The notes: generated from the letters alone by a model not told the origin. A stretch of 64,000 nucleotides of DNA from Euglena gracilis (GCA_039621445.1 CP154954.1:10621521-10685520), one strand, 5' to 3'. Shown: positions 1 through 12,600, numbered from the stretch's first letter. Translations and numbers: made by a program.

Positions 1-610
1 CATGGCTCTGCCCCCCATAAAGCTGTCACCTGAGCACAAGCCTGGGTAACAACTTCCCAACATTGCAAATCAACGAGTCCGGGAATGGAAGGTGGTAACT
101 TCAGGGGGGGGGGGGATGACAGCTTTTGGGGAACCTAGTTTCGACCCAAATAAAATCTTTTTTGATGATGGGACGTGTGTCTTGCATTTATTTGGAGGTG
201 CATGTCAGGTTTTGGCAAAACACACACACACAAACACACGCGCGCACACACGCACGCACGCACGCACGCACGCACGTTGTATTCAGTCGAGCAGGCCGAA
301 TTTACGCAAAAATGAATTAAAAAAAATCCTGATCCCCCGTGAGAGGCATCAAAAAACATTTTCGACGTTGTTACTCAGCAGGTGCGGCCCCAGGTGATAC
401 CTTTCCAACATGGCAAGTCCGCCAGTACAGCCCAAGGGGCTTCCGGAACACGAAGGCGACTGGAAACCCCAAAGGGGGGCGGGGGCGTTCAATGCTTCGA
501 GGAGCGACAGTTGTTGAAATTCATGTTCAAAAATGTATATATAAATATGAGTATATAATATAAAAAATATATATTTTCAAAAAAAATGTGTGTGTGCCAG
601 AAGCGCCATG

Positions 611-1336
611 CCCCTGCTCGGGGGGGACAGCCACTGGGGGGCGCTGGCTTTCGACGGGGGCCACGGCGGCTCCGGCAAGCGACTGGGGTCGCTTGCCAGG
701 CTCCGCGGGAGGTCGCGAGGTCGGCCCCGCGGGCTTCACGGGCAGGGGCGTCGGAAAGGTTTGAAGGGGTCAGCCCGACTGCACGTGTTGCCCATTCCAC
801 GTGGGGAGTCCCACATCACATCATCCATTTACGGCAAACCCAAAGAATAACACCCCCGTTGGATTGAACTCAAGCTTGAATTCAGGCCCGATGGACCGAT
901 AGACATTGTTAGTGTTCCACCCCATCCTTGCGCATCACTTGCTAATGTTGCCAGAATGTGGGGTGAACGCCGGAAACGGTGCCCCCCCCCAAATAACCCC
1001 CCCCCCCCGAGGCCCGACTTCGGTGGCCCATACAATACCCCCCCTCAGCAGTGCGTGAAGAAAAACCACCAAAAAGTATGGCAAGATCAAAAAAAAAAAA
1101 GACGAAATCTGGTCAGAAAAATGTTTCACAAAAATATTTGACCAAATATTGACTTTGAAACCAGTGCCCAAAATTCCAAACTCCCCCAAATAATACCTGT
1201 GGGAGGTCAGACCCCCCAGTTCAGTTCACACCCATATGCTTCCGACCCCGGTCAACCCTGGATGCCGGAGGGCCTGTGGGAGGCAGCTTGGGGGCCGGCG
1301 GGGCGACCGCGGCCACCGCTGGACGCCCACCATCCG
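611..1336 (-). CDS. Candidate Pro/Ala-rich exons (~1265-1336 and ~621-737) of a gene running off the left edge
   Basis: GC-rich islands. Junction CCG GC|ATC CAG GG...CCC CTG CCCGT|G AAG fits nonconventional geometry and gives ...APPAPKLPPTGPPA-KPAGPTSRPPAEPGKRPQ. Other frames are also open, so frame and strand are uncertain. Confidence 0.35.
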
Positions 1337-1402
1337 TTTCCACAACTAGCCAGAGAACGATTGTGAATGCAGTTATTCATTTTATTCTTTCATTCATATA
1401 TA

Positions 1403-1690
1403 TGGCAGCCTCCAACTAAAGGGACCCCCCCAGGGGGGGGTCCCTATAATTGGATCAGGGGGTCAAAATAGTTTTTTTGTGTTAATGATGGAATAGGGTT
1501 AGGTGCGCGACTTAGGGTTAGGGTTAGGCCCAACTTATAGACGGGTGTTAGGTGTACAAGTTAGGCCTGAAGTTAGGCCAGAATAGCACACCTAACCCTA
1601 TTCCATCAATAACACAAAAAAAAATTGCCGCCCCCTGATCCAACTATAGGGACCCCCCCTGGGGGGGGTCCCTTTAGTTGGAGGCTGCCA
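1403..1690. mobile_element. MITE with long TIRs (TGGCAGCCTCC...GGAGGCTGCCA), flanked by TA
   Basis: About 60-bp imperfect inverted termini, TA on both sides, internal TTAGGG-like motifs. An end fragment recurs at ~2624-2641. Confidence 0.85.
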
Positions 1691-1815
1691 TATATCCATA
1701 TATCATATATCAATATATATATATATATATCACAATATATCTATATATACATATATATGTATATATATATGTCCATATATATGGATATATATATATATAT
1801 CCATATATATATATA

Positions 1816-2112
1816 TGGCAGGTGAGAACTTTAGGACCCCCCCCTCCCGGGGGGGGGTCCTAAAGTTCTCACCACAATGGCCACCCCCATTATTGAGGGA
1901 GCAGGGTTAGGTGCGCACATGCTAATTTGCGCTAATTGGCTATGTTGCGCTACATGGCTATGTTGCGCAAACATAGCCATGTAGCGCAACATAGCCAATT
2001 AGCACAACATTGCATGTGCGCACCTAACCCTACTCCTTCAATAATGGGGGTGGCCATCGTGGTGAGAACTTTAGGACCCCCCCCCGGGGGGTCCTAAAGT
2101 TCTCACCTGCCA
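1816..2112. mobile_element. Foldback MITE (TGGCAGGTGAGAAC...GTTCTCACCTGCCA), flanked by TA
   Basis: Near whole-length palindrome with an internal hairpin in each arm; TA on both sides. Confidence 0.85.
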
Positions 2113-2119
2113 TACCCGC

Positions 2120-2596
2120 CCCCCCCCCCGGGCAATTGTCACGCGACAAATCGGGCAGCACGGAGGGGGGTGACAATTTCCCAGGGTGACAATTTGGCCG
2201 GCACAGAGGGGGGTGACAATTGCCCGGGGGCGTCAATTGCCCGGGGGCGTCAATTGCCCACCCATGTAGGCCACATGAAATCCAAATGACCAAGAACACC
2301 ATCTGAAACACCAGTGAACACGCAAAAATGCAGCTATTGGTTGTGATATTGTGCAGAGCATTTGGTATGTGACATTTCTCAGCACGTTGTAGCGAAATAG
2401 AGGATCAATCGAGTCGTGTCGGCGAAAAGAAAATTCGCAAACATCTTCTGTGGGGGGGGGGTGACAAATTGGGCAGCACGGAAGGGGGTGACAATTTCCC
2501 AGGGTGACAAATTGGCCGGCACAGCCAGGGGTGACAATTGCCTGGGGGCGTCAATTGCCCGGGGGCGTCAATTGCCCGGGGGGGGGGGGGGGGGGG
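2120..2596. mobile_element. MITE family with GGGGTGACAATT/CAATTGCCC subrepeats
   Basis: Poly-C...poly-G ends with repeated motifs; second copy at ~5875-6297. Confidence 0.7.
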
Positions 2597-2666
2597 TATA
2601 TATAAATATATATAGTTGGAGACTTTAGTTGGAGGCTGCCATATATCCATATATATACATATATGC

Positions 2667-2697
2667 ATGTATGTATGTATGTATGTATGTATGTATG

Positions 2698-2728
<31 letters not shown>

Positions 2729-3015
2729 GTATGTATGTATGTATGTATGTATGTATGTATGTATGTATGTATGTATGTATGTATGTATGTATGTATGTAT
2801 GTATGTATGTATGTATGTATGTATGTATGTATGTATGTATGTATGTATGTATGTATGTATGTATGTATGTATGTATGTATGTATGTATGTATGTATGTAT
2901 GTATGTATGTATGTATGTATGTATGTATGTATGTATGTATGTATGTGTGTGTGTATGTATGTATGTATGTATGTCTGTATGTATGTATGTATGTATGTGT
3001 GTGTACATGTATACT

Positions 3016-3074
<59 letters not shown>

Positions 3075-3230
3075 TTTGTTTTGTTTGTTTGTTTGTTTGT
3101 TTGTTTGTTTGTTTATTGGTTGGTTCATTCATTCATTCATTCATTCATTCATTCATTCATTCATTCATTCATTCATCCATTCATTCATTCATTTATTCAT
3201 TCATTCCTTCCTTCCTTCCTTCCTTCCTTC
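2667..3230. repeat. Compound tetranucleotide microsatellite (TATG)n-(TATT)n-(TGTT)n-(TCAT)n-(TCCT)n
   Basis: Directly visible. Confidence 0.97.
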
Positions 3231-3546
3231 ATTTGTGCATCTATTTAACAAATTGTTCATTTATGCTTGATTTGTCTATCTATCTATCTATTTACGTATT
3301 TGTTTATTTGTTTGTTTTTATTTGTGGCGGAACCCAAAGGATGATCCCCGTAAATCACACAAAAAAACACTCCCTGAGGATGTGACCTTTAAAACCATGG
3401 GAAAGAAACAGCGGGGTGGTGCCTGGACAAGGATGGTGCTTGGACGGGGGGAGGGGGGTCAATGAGGGCCTGACGGCTATCCTTGTAAACCGGCATTCAC
3501 ACCCAGCCCCAACTCCCATGCACTCCACGGACAAGGGTTGCAGACG

Positions 3547-3604
3547 CTATCGGCCAGCGGGGGGCATCGGCTTCTCCTGCTGCCTCGCGTCTGAATTCTC
3601 TGGT
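3547..3604 (-). CDS. OTU gene exon 14 (PENSDARQQEKPMPPAGR*)
   Basis: CACCCTG CATGC|A acceptor pairs with donor GCC CAGGGTG at 6418; phase consistent; TAG stop. Confidence 0.75.
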
Positions 3605-6600
3605 GCATGCAGGGTGCGGCCTGGGGTGAATGTGTAGTGGGGGTAGGTGGGGAGGGGAACAGGGTTTTTTTTTTGAAGCGCGGGGGGGGGGCGGTCCCCA
3701 CCCCCCCGCCCCCGGGGGGGGGCCCCCCTCTGGGGGGGGGGGGTCCCAGGGGACCCACCCACTTCGGCCGAAAATGGCCAAAATGCTAAAAATAGCATCC
3801 ATTTCTATAAGATGTTTCGTGTTCTGATCCCGCTTTTTTACCAGGAAAACCGGGGGCGCCGAAGGCGCCCCCGGTTTTCCTGGTAAAAAAGCGGGATCAG
3901 AACACGAAACAATTTTGAAACCGTGTTAAGAGACCACGATGTACACCGGTAGTGAAAACCGTGTTCAAGTCCACGTGATTCGCGCAAAAAAAATGCCGAT
4001 TATAATAAACACGTGTACAAAAATGGGGTACCTTGGTACATTGCAATTGTACCGTGTTACAAACACGGTACAATGCAAATGTACTGTGTTTGTAACACGT
4101 GTACATTGTACGGAAAGCGTGTTTACTCTTTTGGTAACACGTGTACATTGTACGGAAAGTGTGTTTACTCCTTTTGGTAACACGTATACACTGCAGGAAA
4201 GCGTGCTTACTTTTTTGGTAACACGTGTACTTTTACGGAAAGCGTGTTTAGACTTTTGGTGACACGTGTGCATTATGCTAAAACGTGTTTCAAAAACGCC
4301 TTCACACCCTTCACAGCCATGATGCGCCTGGCTAACCTCGCTGAGGCCCGCATGCCTGCCCCTCCCACTGTTAAGCAGTTTGTGGAATCCCTCCAAAAGG
4401 TGAAATCTCCATCTGAGGAAGTTGATGCTTTGTTCCCCCCCCCAGATCTGGTCTCGGCAAAAGATTACCGTCGCGACCGCATGGCTGCCCTGAATTGTTT
4501 TACAGAATACATGGGGGTTTGCGCAGCCCATGGGGTACAACACGCGACGTTGGACGACTGTTTTTTGGGGTGGGCCCGCTGGTGCATTGATGCTCGGGTG
4601 TTGTACGTGACACCCGAGCAACAAGTCGCCTGCGTTGCTGCCCGTACGGAGAGAGCTGGAACAGATTTTCGGGTTCGTTCCATGCCTGTTTTGTCTTTCC
4701 GTACATACCTCAATGCCCTTGTTTTTTTGTATAAAGTGTCAGACCGTGACGGACCTCCAATTGTGGCCTCCTCTGCTTCTCAATTCCCCAAATTCCTTGC
4801 TTTCTTTGCCCCTATGGTGACGAAAACGTGCTTCCCCACCACCTCCGACGTAGCTCGGTCTGTTCCTTGTGTGAGTTGTGCGGACACCTACCATTTTGTG
4901 TGTGCTGACCTGTGCCGAGCTCCCAAACGTCCCTGGAAATGCCCGGGATGTTTGTGATGCCTTTCATGATGTGCTATTGTTCTTGGCCAACAGGCCACGA
5001 GGTGTTTGCAGCATGCGTCTGCATACCCCCCCCCCAAATACACCAACTTCCCGCCGCCGTGTTGCTTCTTGCTTCCGTTGAGCAGTATGTCCATCGTTTC
5101 ATGCATTCTAGTTATGCTGTAACCCTACAGAATATTTTTCATTTATAACACGGAACAATGCAAATGTACCGTGTTTGTAACACGTGTACATTGTACGGAA
5201 AGTGTGTTTACTCTTTTTGGTAACACGTGTACACTGCAGGAAAGCGTGTTTACTCTTTTGGTAACACGTGTACATTGTACGGAAAGCGTGTTTACACTTT
5301 TTGGTAACACATGTACATTGTACGGAAAGCGTGTTACAAACACGTTTTCCACCGCTGAACACGTGGACTGAACACGGTTTTCACGGCCGGTGTACATCGT
5401 AGACTTAACACGGTTTCAAAAAATTCGGCGCCTGCGGCGCCGAAAAAAGATATACCCACCAGCCCCTGCCCCCCCCCCCGGGGGGGAGGGGGTCCAAAAG
5501 ACCCACCCATCCTACCCCCCCCCAGGGGAGGGGATCCAAGACTAAAAAAAAACCACCAGAGGGGAAGCAGGCGTAACGGTGGTTGGGTCGGTCTGATTGG
5601 GGGATGTCGACTCCGTCGAAAGCAGAGTTTCGAGTTCCATGACAAAAAAAAACTCAAAGGGTGAGGGTGGAAGGATTCAGGATTCGGGATTGGTGGATGA
5701 CAAGAAACAGAAAACATTATATATGTAACATATGCATATTATATATAATATAATATATAATATAATACAATAAATTAAACATAATACATATATATAATTT
5801 TATGTATAATAATATATTTTATTCATCTTTTTTATTTATAATATATATGATATAATATATGTATAAATACCCGCCCCCCCCCCAGGCAATTGTCGCGCGA
5901 CAAATCGGGCAGCACGGACGGGGGTGACAATTTCCCGGGGTGACAATTTGGCCGGCACAGAGGGGGGTGACCATTGCCTGGGGGCGTCAATTGCTCGGGG
6001 GCGTCAATTGCCCACCCATGTAAGCCACATTTTAAACCAAATGGCCAAAAACACCATCTGAAACACAAGTGAACGCAGGGAAAATGCAGCTACGATCGCG
6101 ATATTGTGCAGAGCGTTTGGTATGCAAAAATTCCAGCACATTGCAGCGAAATAGAAGATCACAGAACAATGCTGCAAATGGGGGGTGACAAATTGGGCAG
6201 CACAGAGGGGGGGTGACAATTTCCCAGGGTGACAAATTGGCCGGCACAGCCAGGGGTGACAATTGCCCGGGGGTCAATTGCCTGGGGGTGGGGGGGAGTA
6301 TGGAACTTGCATGGTTGAGCAATGAGAGGAGCATGAGTAAAAGAAGTGAGTTGAGTCGATGGGCCTTTCCCACCCCTGCACGAGGCTGTCGTTCGGCCCG
6401 GCCCGGCCCACCCTGGGCGTCTGCGACCGCCGCCGGGAGAACGGCGACTTGCCCGCGCTGCGCTCGCGGCTCGCGGACCGGAACGGGGACGTGGCGCGGC
6501 GCCACGCCCCCTTCAGCCGCGCGCCGGCGGACGACGGCGTGGTGGACGTGGCCAGGCAAAGACAGTCATCCCCAGTTATTGGTCTCCGGTGGGTTCCGGT

Positions 6601-9600
6601 GGGTTGCCTTGGGGGGGGGCAGGGTTGTATGGGAATCTCCGAGGGGGGGACCCCCCCCCTTCCGAAACTAGGGGAGGGGGGTGGGAGACCCCCCCCCTCC
6701 TACCTCCAGTTTTCGGTCGCCGAAATTTCGGCCGCTTTTGGGGGTCAAAAGGTCAATTTTTCTGAAATTTCTCAAAAATGGTGGTGAATCAAAAGAAATG
6801 TCCAAAACCTAAATTGAAGCCCTTAAAATGCCAGATCTAACAGTATTTTGATTTCCTGGCAACTCCCCACCTGTCCCGATTTATGGTCATTTTTGGCCAT
6901 TTTGCCAAAATTTCACGTTGAGCCCCCAAAAAAGTCCTAAAATACAGTCCCAGCGCGAAGCGCCAGAAAATTTTTTTGCCCCCCCAGAGGAAGGGGAGGG
7001 GGGTGGGGGAGGACCCCCTTCCGAAACTAGGGGGGGGGGGACCCCCCTACCACCTTACCCCCCAAGGGGGGGGTGACCAGGGTGTGACGTAGAGCTGAGC
7101 TCTTTGGGAGACCACCCCGGCCCGGCCCGCGAAAAACGCTCATTTTCGGCTCAAAAACAGTTTTTCTGGGTCAGGGAGGCCAAAAAACACGGTTTTGGGG
7201 CCAAAAATTTTTTTCGATTTTTTTCGACTTTTTTGACCGGTTTTGACCCAAAGTCATGGGTTGGTGGCCCAAAACGGGGCGCCGGCGGGTCGAAAAACGC
7301 TCAATTTTGGCTTGAAAACACTTTTTTCGGGTCCAGGAGGTCAAAAATCATGGTTTTGGGGAAAAAAAATTTTTTCGAATTTTTTCGACTTTTTGACCCA
7401 AAAATGGCCAAGTCCACCGGCCAGCGGGGCGGGCCCCAGCCACGGGGGGGCATGGGGGGGGGGGGGGTCCAGGTCGGAAAAAATTTTTTCGCTCAAAAAA
7501 CACTTTTTTTGATGTTCTGAAGTGAAAAAAAGTGCTTTTGAGCGAAAAAATTTTTTCGAAATTTTGGGTCCCGACCTGCCACCCGACCCCCCCTAGCCCA
7601 GCCGCCCTGACGGCGCCCGGTGGGGTCCCCAAATACCCAAAACTGGCCCAAAATCGCACAACCAGGCCCCGGGAACCCCAAAAAACGGTCAACCCCCCCC
7701 CCTAAACCTAATGATTGACCCCCTGGTTTGGGTCCCAACTCCTCGTCTAGCCCGAGATACGGCCAATTTACGGTTTCGGGCCCCGAAATGGCCAGAACTG
7801 GCCAAACTGGCCCAAAACCCCCAAAACGGCCATATCTCGGGCTAGGCGAGGAGTTGTCCCAAACCGCGCATACCGATCGATAGGGCGTTCCAAGGTCGTC
7901 AAATGAGGTCGCCATCACTTTTCCTCAACTCCGCAGCGTTTTCGAGATATTTTGAATTTTTCGATTTTTGGACCCCAGCCCGGCCGCCCTCGAACCCCCG
8001 CCGGGGTCCCCGAATACCCAAAACTGGCCCAAAATCGCACAACCAGACCCCGGGAACCCCAAAAAACGGTCAAAACCCCCCCCTAAACCTAATGATTGAC
8101 CCCCTGGTTTGGGCTCCAACTCCCCGTCTAGCCCGAGATACGGGCAAATTACGGTTTCGGGCCCCGAACGGGCCCGAAATGGCCAAAACTGCCAAACCTG
8201 CCCCAAACCCCCAAAACGGCCGTATCTCGGGCTAGGCGGGGAGTCGGCCCAAACCGCGCATACCGATCGATCGGGCGTCCCAAAGTTGAGGAATGACGTC
8301 CTCTTTACTTTTTCGTAACTCCGCGGCGTTTTCGAGATATTTAAAATTTTTAATTTTTTTGACCCAAAAATAAACTGAAAATTTCCCAGAAAAAAAAAAA
8401 CGGTAGACAACTTTTTTGCTCGGGCCATATCTCCAGACTGGCGGGGAGTTGCGGGTAACCGAAGGGCTCTGGAGGTACTAGGGACCGTCCCTAACCTATA
8501 GGCCATTAACTTTGGGGGCCACGAAATCCAGTCACATCGACGGGGGGGGGGGGGGGGGTGGGGGGGGGGGGGGGGGGGGGGGGGGGCGGGGGGGTCCGAC
8601 CCCCCCTCCGGCCCCGGTGGTAAGCTAAAGAGATAAGAGCTCAGCGACCCCCCCCTACCACCTACCTCATGTCTGCGGAGCTCCCCATACAACCCTGGGG
8701 GGGGGACTGGGAAAAAAACATCCAACAAGGCGATCTGACCGGATACTCTTTTTGCATCATGCAGTTGGTGCACAGCATAACCACATGCATGGCCCCCGGG
8801 GTCAGGATCTTGGCCTCCTTTTTGTCCCACATGAGGCACCTTTTGGCTCTGTTTAATGGCCCAGCCAGGTGCTCAAAATATTTTGCCCCATCGCCACGTG
8901 GGATACCACATGATGTGATGTACTCACCCCAATGGCCACCAAATATTGGTCATCGCGAATCATATCCTGCAACCTGTTTAAACCTGAAGGAAAGGGTCTT
9001 TTGAATAATCATAAAAAGGCAACCTGTTGTTCTGCATCCCTCTTTGCAGCATGAGACTATGGGGCCATAAATCCAGCAGAAAAATATGTGCATGGGAAAA
9101 AATCTCCAGTGGGATCCGGTGGGATCCGGTGGCTGTCCTTGCCTGGACGTGGCAGGGGGCTCCGAGGGGGGCTCGGAGGCGGGCCGGTGGGGCACAGCCA
9201 TCCTCCCCCGGAAATTGTTGCCGTGCCAGCCGGAGACCCTTACAGCTAGGCGGGGCCAGTTGCACATACTTGGAAAGTGGATTTCCTGGACAGATGCCCA
9301 CCCTCCCCTGCGTGACGTGACGGGGACAGGGGTGTGTGAATGTGGACATGTGGATACGCGGAAAATATGCAATTGATGCCATAATTGGCGATTTTCCGGA
9401 CCCCCTCTTGCAAAGTCATTTCGGCCATCTTGGGCCCATTTAAAGGGCCATTTCGGGCTGTTATCGGTCATTTTCCACCATTTTTTTGACCATTTTCGAA
9501 CACTTGGCCATCTTCGGGCCATTTGGGGGCCATTTTAGTCAGGACCATTTTTGGGGCCATTTTTTGGCAAAAGCCATTCATAGGGTCATTTGGGGCTGAA

Positions 9601-12600
9601 AATTACCCAAAATTGCTAAAAAAAAACGGCTTACAATTGCCCAAAACGACCAAAATTAAAAATCCCAAACGTATGGGAATATCTTAAAATAGTCAAAAAT
9701 AAGCTGAGCTATTCAGGAATGGACAAATTTGCAACTGAAAACCTGTGAAAACCTCAAATTATGCACCAATCAGATATATGTGCCCTTTGGTGGAAAAAAA
9801 AATGCACAAAACAAATCCACCAAAACAAAAACACTCTTAGTTCATTATTTGGACACCGACTTTTATTAGACTGCGGGGTAAATATTTTGTAGATTACAAC
9901 AAAATTTTCAAAACCAAACAAGAATGCCCATAAAAGCAGTTCCCCTTTTCCTTTGCATTTTGGGGCTTTTTGCTGTCGTTTGGGCAGCCCGGGTTGTTCC
10001 TGGGGGGGGCATGTGGGGGGTATGCAAAACAGTGCTACAAATACAGTGCTAACAAGTCTACGCCCTGATACGCCCCCCCCCCCAGACCACCAGCCCGGGC
10101 GGGCGGCGGCTGCCAGGCTACGATGCGGGCCACGATGGACTCGTACTTCGCTACGACCTCCTGGAAGCTGCGGGCAGCCGTTTGGTGGCGTGCACCGCCA
10201 GGGAAACCACTTGACGAGGTGAGCACACCAATCCCACTACCAAAAGCGTCCCATCCCATCCAGAGCAGGTGGTTTGAAGGGGAATACTCATGGGGGGGGA
10301 TGCAACAATGCCCCTCAAAATGCGCTACGCAAAAAAATGAAAATTAAAAAATTTGAATGCAAGGAAAAAAAACGGCGACGGTGCAAGTGGCATGTAACTT
10401 ACCCAATCCCATTGCATTCTGAATGACACATTGTCGTGGACGGAAGGGGTAATTTGGGAACTGTGAGAAAGCATTTAGAAAGCGACGGGAAAGCAGCGCT
10501 CAAGAGTGATGCACAAACAAGGGACAGCAAAGAGTGCAAAATGGCTGTGTGGAGACGTCCAGAAGGTAGAATTTGGCACCGGGGGTGGTGACGCCGGACT
10601 TGATCCCGACTTCGATGGAATACGGCATAGGGGGGAGGGGAGGCCAGATACTCTCAGATACACGCAAACGGACATGCCATACATCGCCAGCTGCTGTAAT
10701 ATTGAGAGGATGAGTGAGTATGCGTGCAGCTGTGTGAAAAATTCTGTGTGTTTGGACTGTGTCTCTGCCCAATCTCTCGGCCAGATCCCATCCCAGAAGG
10801 TATCCAGCCGTGGCAGAGTTTTTCCTTCCCTGCAATTCCCTGATTTTGGGGCTTGTTTCTCAGCCCCTCTGCCCCATGGGAGGGTGTAGCCGAGCCAACT
10901 TGTAACCGTCTGCACCACACAGTCAGCAGTTGAGGACATGAACAAAGGTCCCTGTCCTGTCTCTGCTCCTGTCTGCTCCTGTGTTACACCTGACGATGCT
11001 GCCCTTGAGTCAAAGACCAGAACACAAACCACACACCGACACACCGACCGACAACACACTCCTCACAGGCAGAAGCACACTTCCGAGCCCCCCACAGAAC
11101 AGAGGGACATGGGCGTAAAAAAAAAAACACAACCACAGAGGGCTAAGCTGATCACTAAAACCCCATGTCATCATTTTCATATGTCCCAAGTCCAGCCACA
11201 GAGGTGGACTGTTCTTTGCTTTTGCTGCACAACTGGTGTACCCCCCCCTTGTCCTTGACACGCCAAAGTACAGGCAAAATGCGGTTGACACAGGGGGTGT
11301 GTCATGGACATGCCATGTCATGTGCACTGTACCATAATAAATTGGCATTTTGGGTCGGGAAAAGTGCGGTTGACACGGGGGGGGGAGGGGGTGCCATGGA
11401 CCAGCCATCTCAAGGACAAGGGGGGGGGGGTACCTTTCATATTAAAAAAAAAAAACAATTACGATGTTGGTCAGGTTTGTTTAGCGGTTCTGGTGCCAGC
11501 AGGACCAGAAGCGGGCCACCCCTCGCCTGGACCCGCCAGGCCGGGTCGTTGCCATGCTGCTGGAGGAGGTCGTCCAGGATGCTGTACAGGCAGGCGTCGT
11601 CGTACAGCTCCACGCGGAGGTTCTGCTTCAGCTGCGAGAGGGGAGGGGGGGGTCGACCTCGTCAGGAAACACCCCAAAAATGACACCCGTGCCTTGTTGT
11701 TGGATCCGATGCTGGAAACCACCTGGGTGGAGGTCGTTCGTTTTACCCCCAAATAGCAAAGAAGACCCATTGCTGGCCCCATTTTTTTCTTGACCGAACC
11801 CGCCACAAATTATTTTGGGCTCCCCAAAAAACGCGAGAAAGACAGTTTGCACCATAATCCAATTGGGTCAGATTAAGGTATAACACAACACTTTTCTTAA
11901 AATCCCAAAAAAATCAGATTTTTCCTCATTTTCATGTTCATAATTGGGGTTGGGGGAAAATGTGTAGGCAATTGTTAGGCTATTTGGAGGGGGGGGTTGG
12001 ATGAGACCTGTTATGTCTGTGAGGATGCGACTATGGAGGTATGAGTTGGTGAGTGAGTGAATGAGTGAGTGCGCACACTCACCTGTGTGCTTGTGTATGC
12101 TTAAGGATCTGTGTGTTTGTGCGATTTTGGAGGTGTATTCAATGCCCACCCTATGGGTCCAGCTCAGAGGTTGGCTCGCTGGGAAATGGAGAAATAAGTC
12201 CCCAGCAGTTAGGGGCCAAAAAACATCGTTTCGGGCAAAAAAAAATTTCGATTTTTTTCGACTTTTTTGACCTGTTTTGACCCAAAGTCTATGGCCCAAA
12301 ACGGGGCGCCGGGGGGGTCGAAAAACGCTCATTTTCGGCTCGAAAACAGGTTTTCCAGGTCTGGGAGGCCAAAAAAAAACATGGTTCCGCAAAAAAAAAT
12401 CGATTTTTCTCAACTTCTTTTGACCCGAAAATGGCCCAAAACGGCTAAGTCAAATTAGGCCAAAACTGTACAAAATGGCCAAAATCGGCCGAAAAAAAAT
12501 TGCCGCAAACTCGGGCAGGGCAGGGAGTTGCGAGGAAATGAAAATACTGTTTGATGGGGCATTTTAAGGGCTTCAATTTAGGTCTCCAGACATTTCCTTT

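Larger units (their letters stand above)
3660..5555. mobile_element. CAGGGTTTTT-family MITE split by a nested element
   Basis: Left half 3660-3812 and right half 5422-5555 match the intact copy at 30287-30566. Confidence 0.7.

Noticed and set aside
1494-1528. TTAGGG repeats as a telomere
   Set aside because: Only 2-3 units, internal to a MITE.
2616-3385. 200+ aa ORFs
   Set aside because: Translations of microsatellites.
4071-4270. CRISPR-like ~43-bp repeats
   Set aside because: Tandem subterminal repeats without unique spacers; eukaryotic context; no cas genes.
11527-11631. Scrambled exon order (LKQNLRVEL exon appearing to belong right after SHQL)
   Set aside because: Colinear exons at 16419-16384 and 15855-15761 fill that part of the OTU domain; order is normal.
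11554-11793. Plus-strand ORF MLLEEVVQDAV and similar ORFs (37997-38299, 45171-45428)
   Set aside because: Antisense shadows of minus-strand GC-rich exons.
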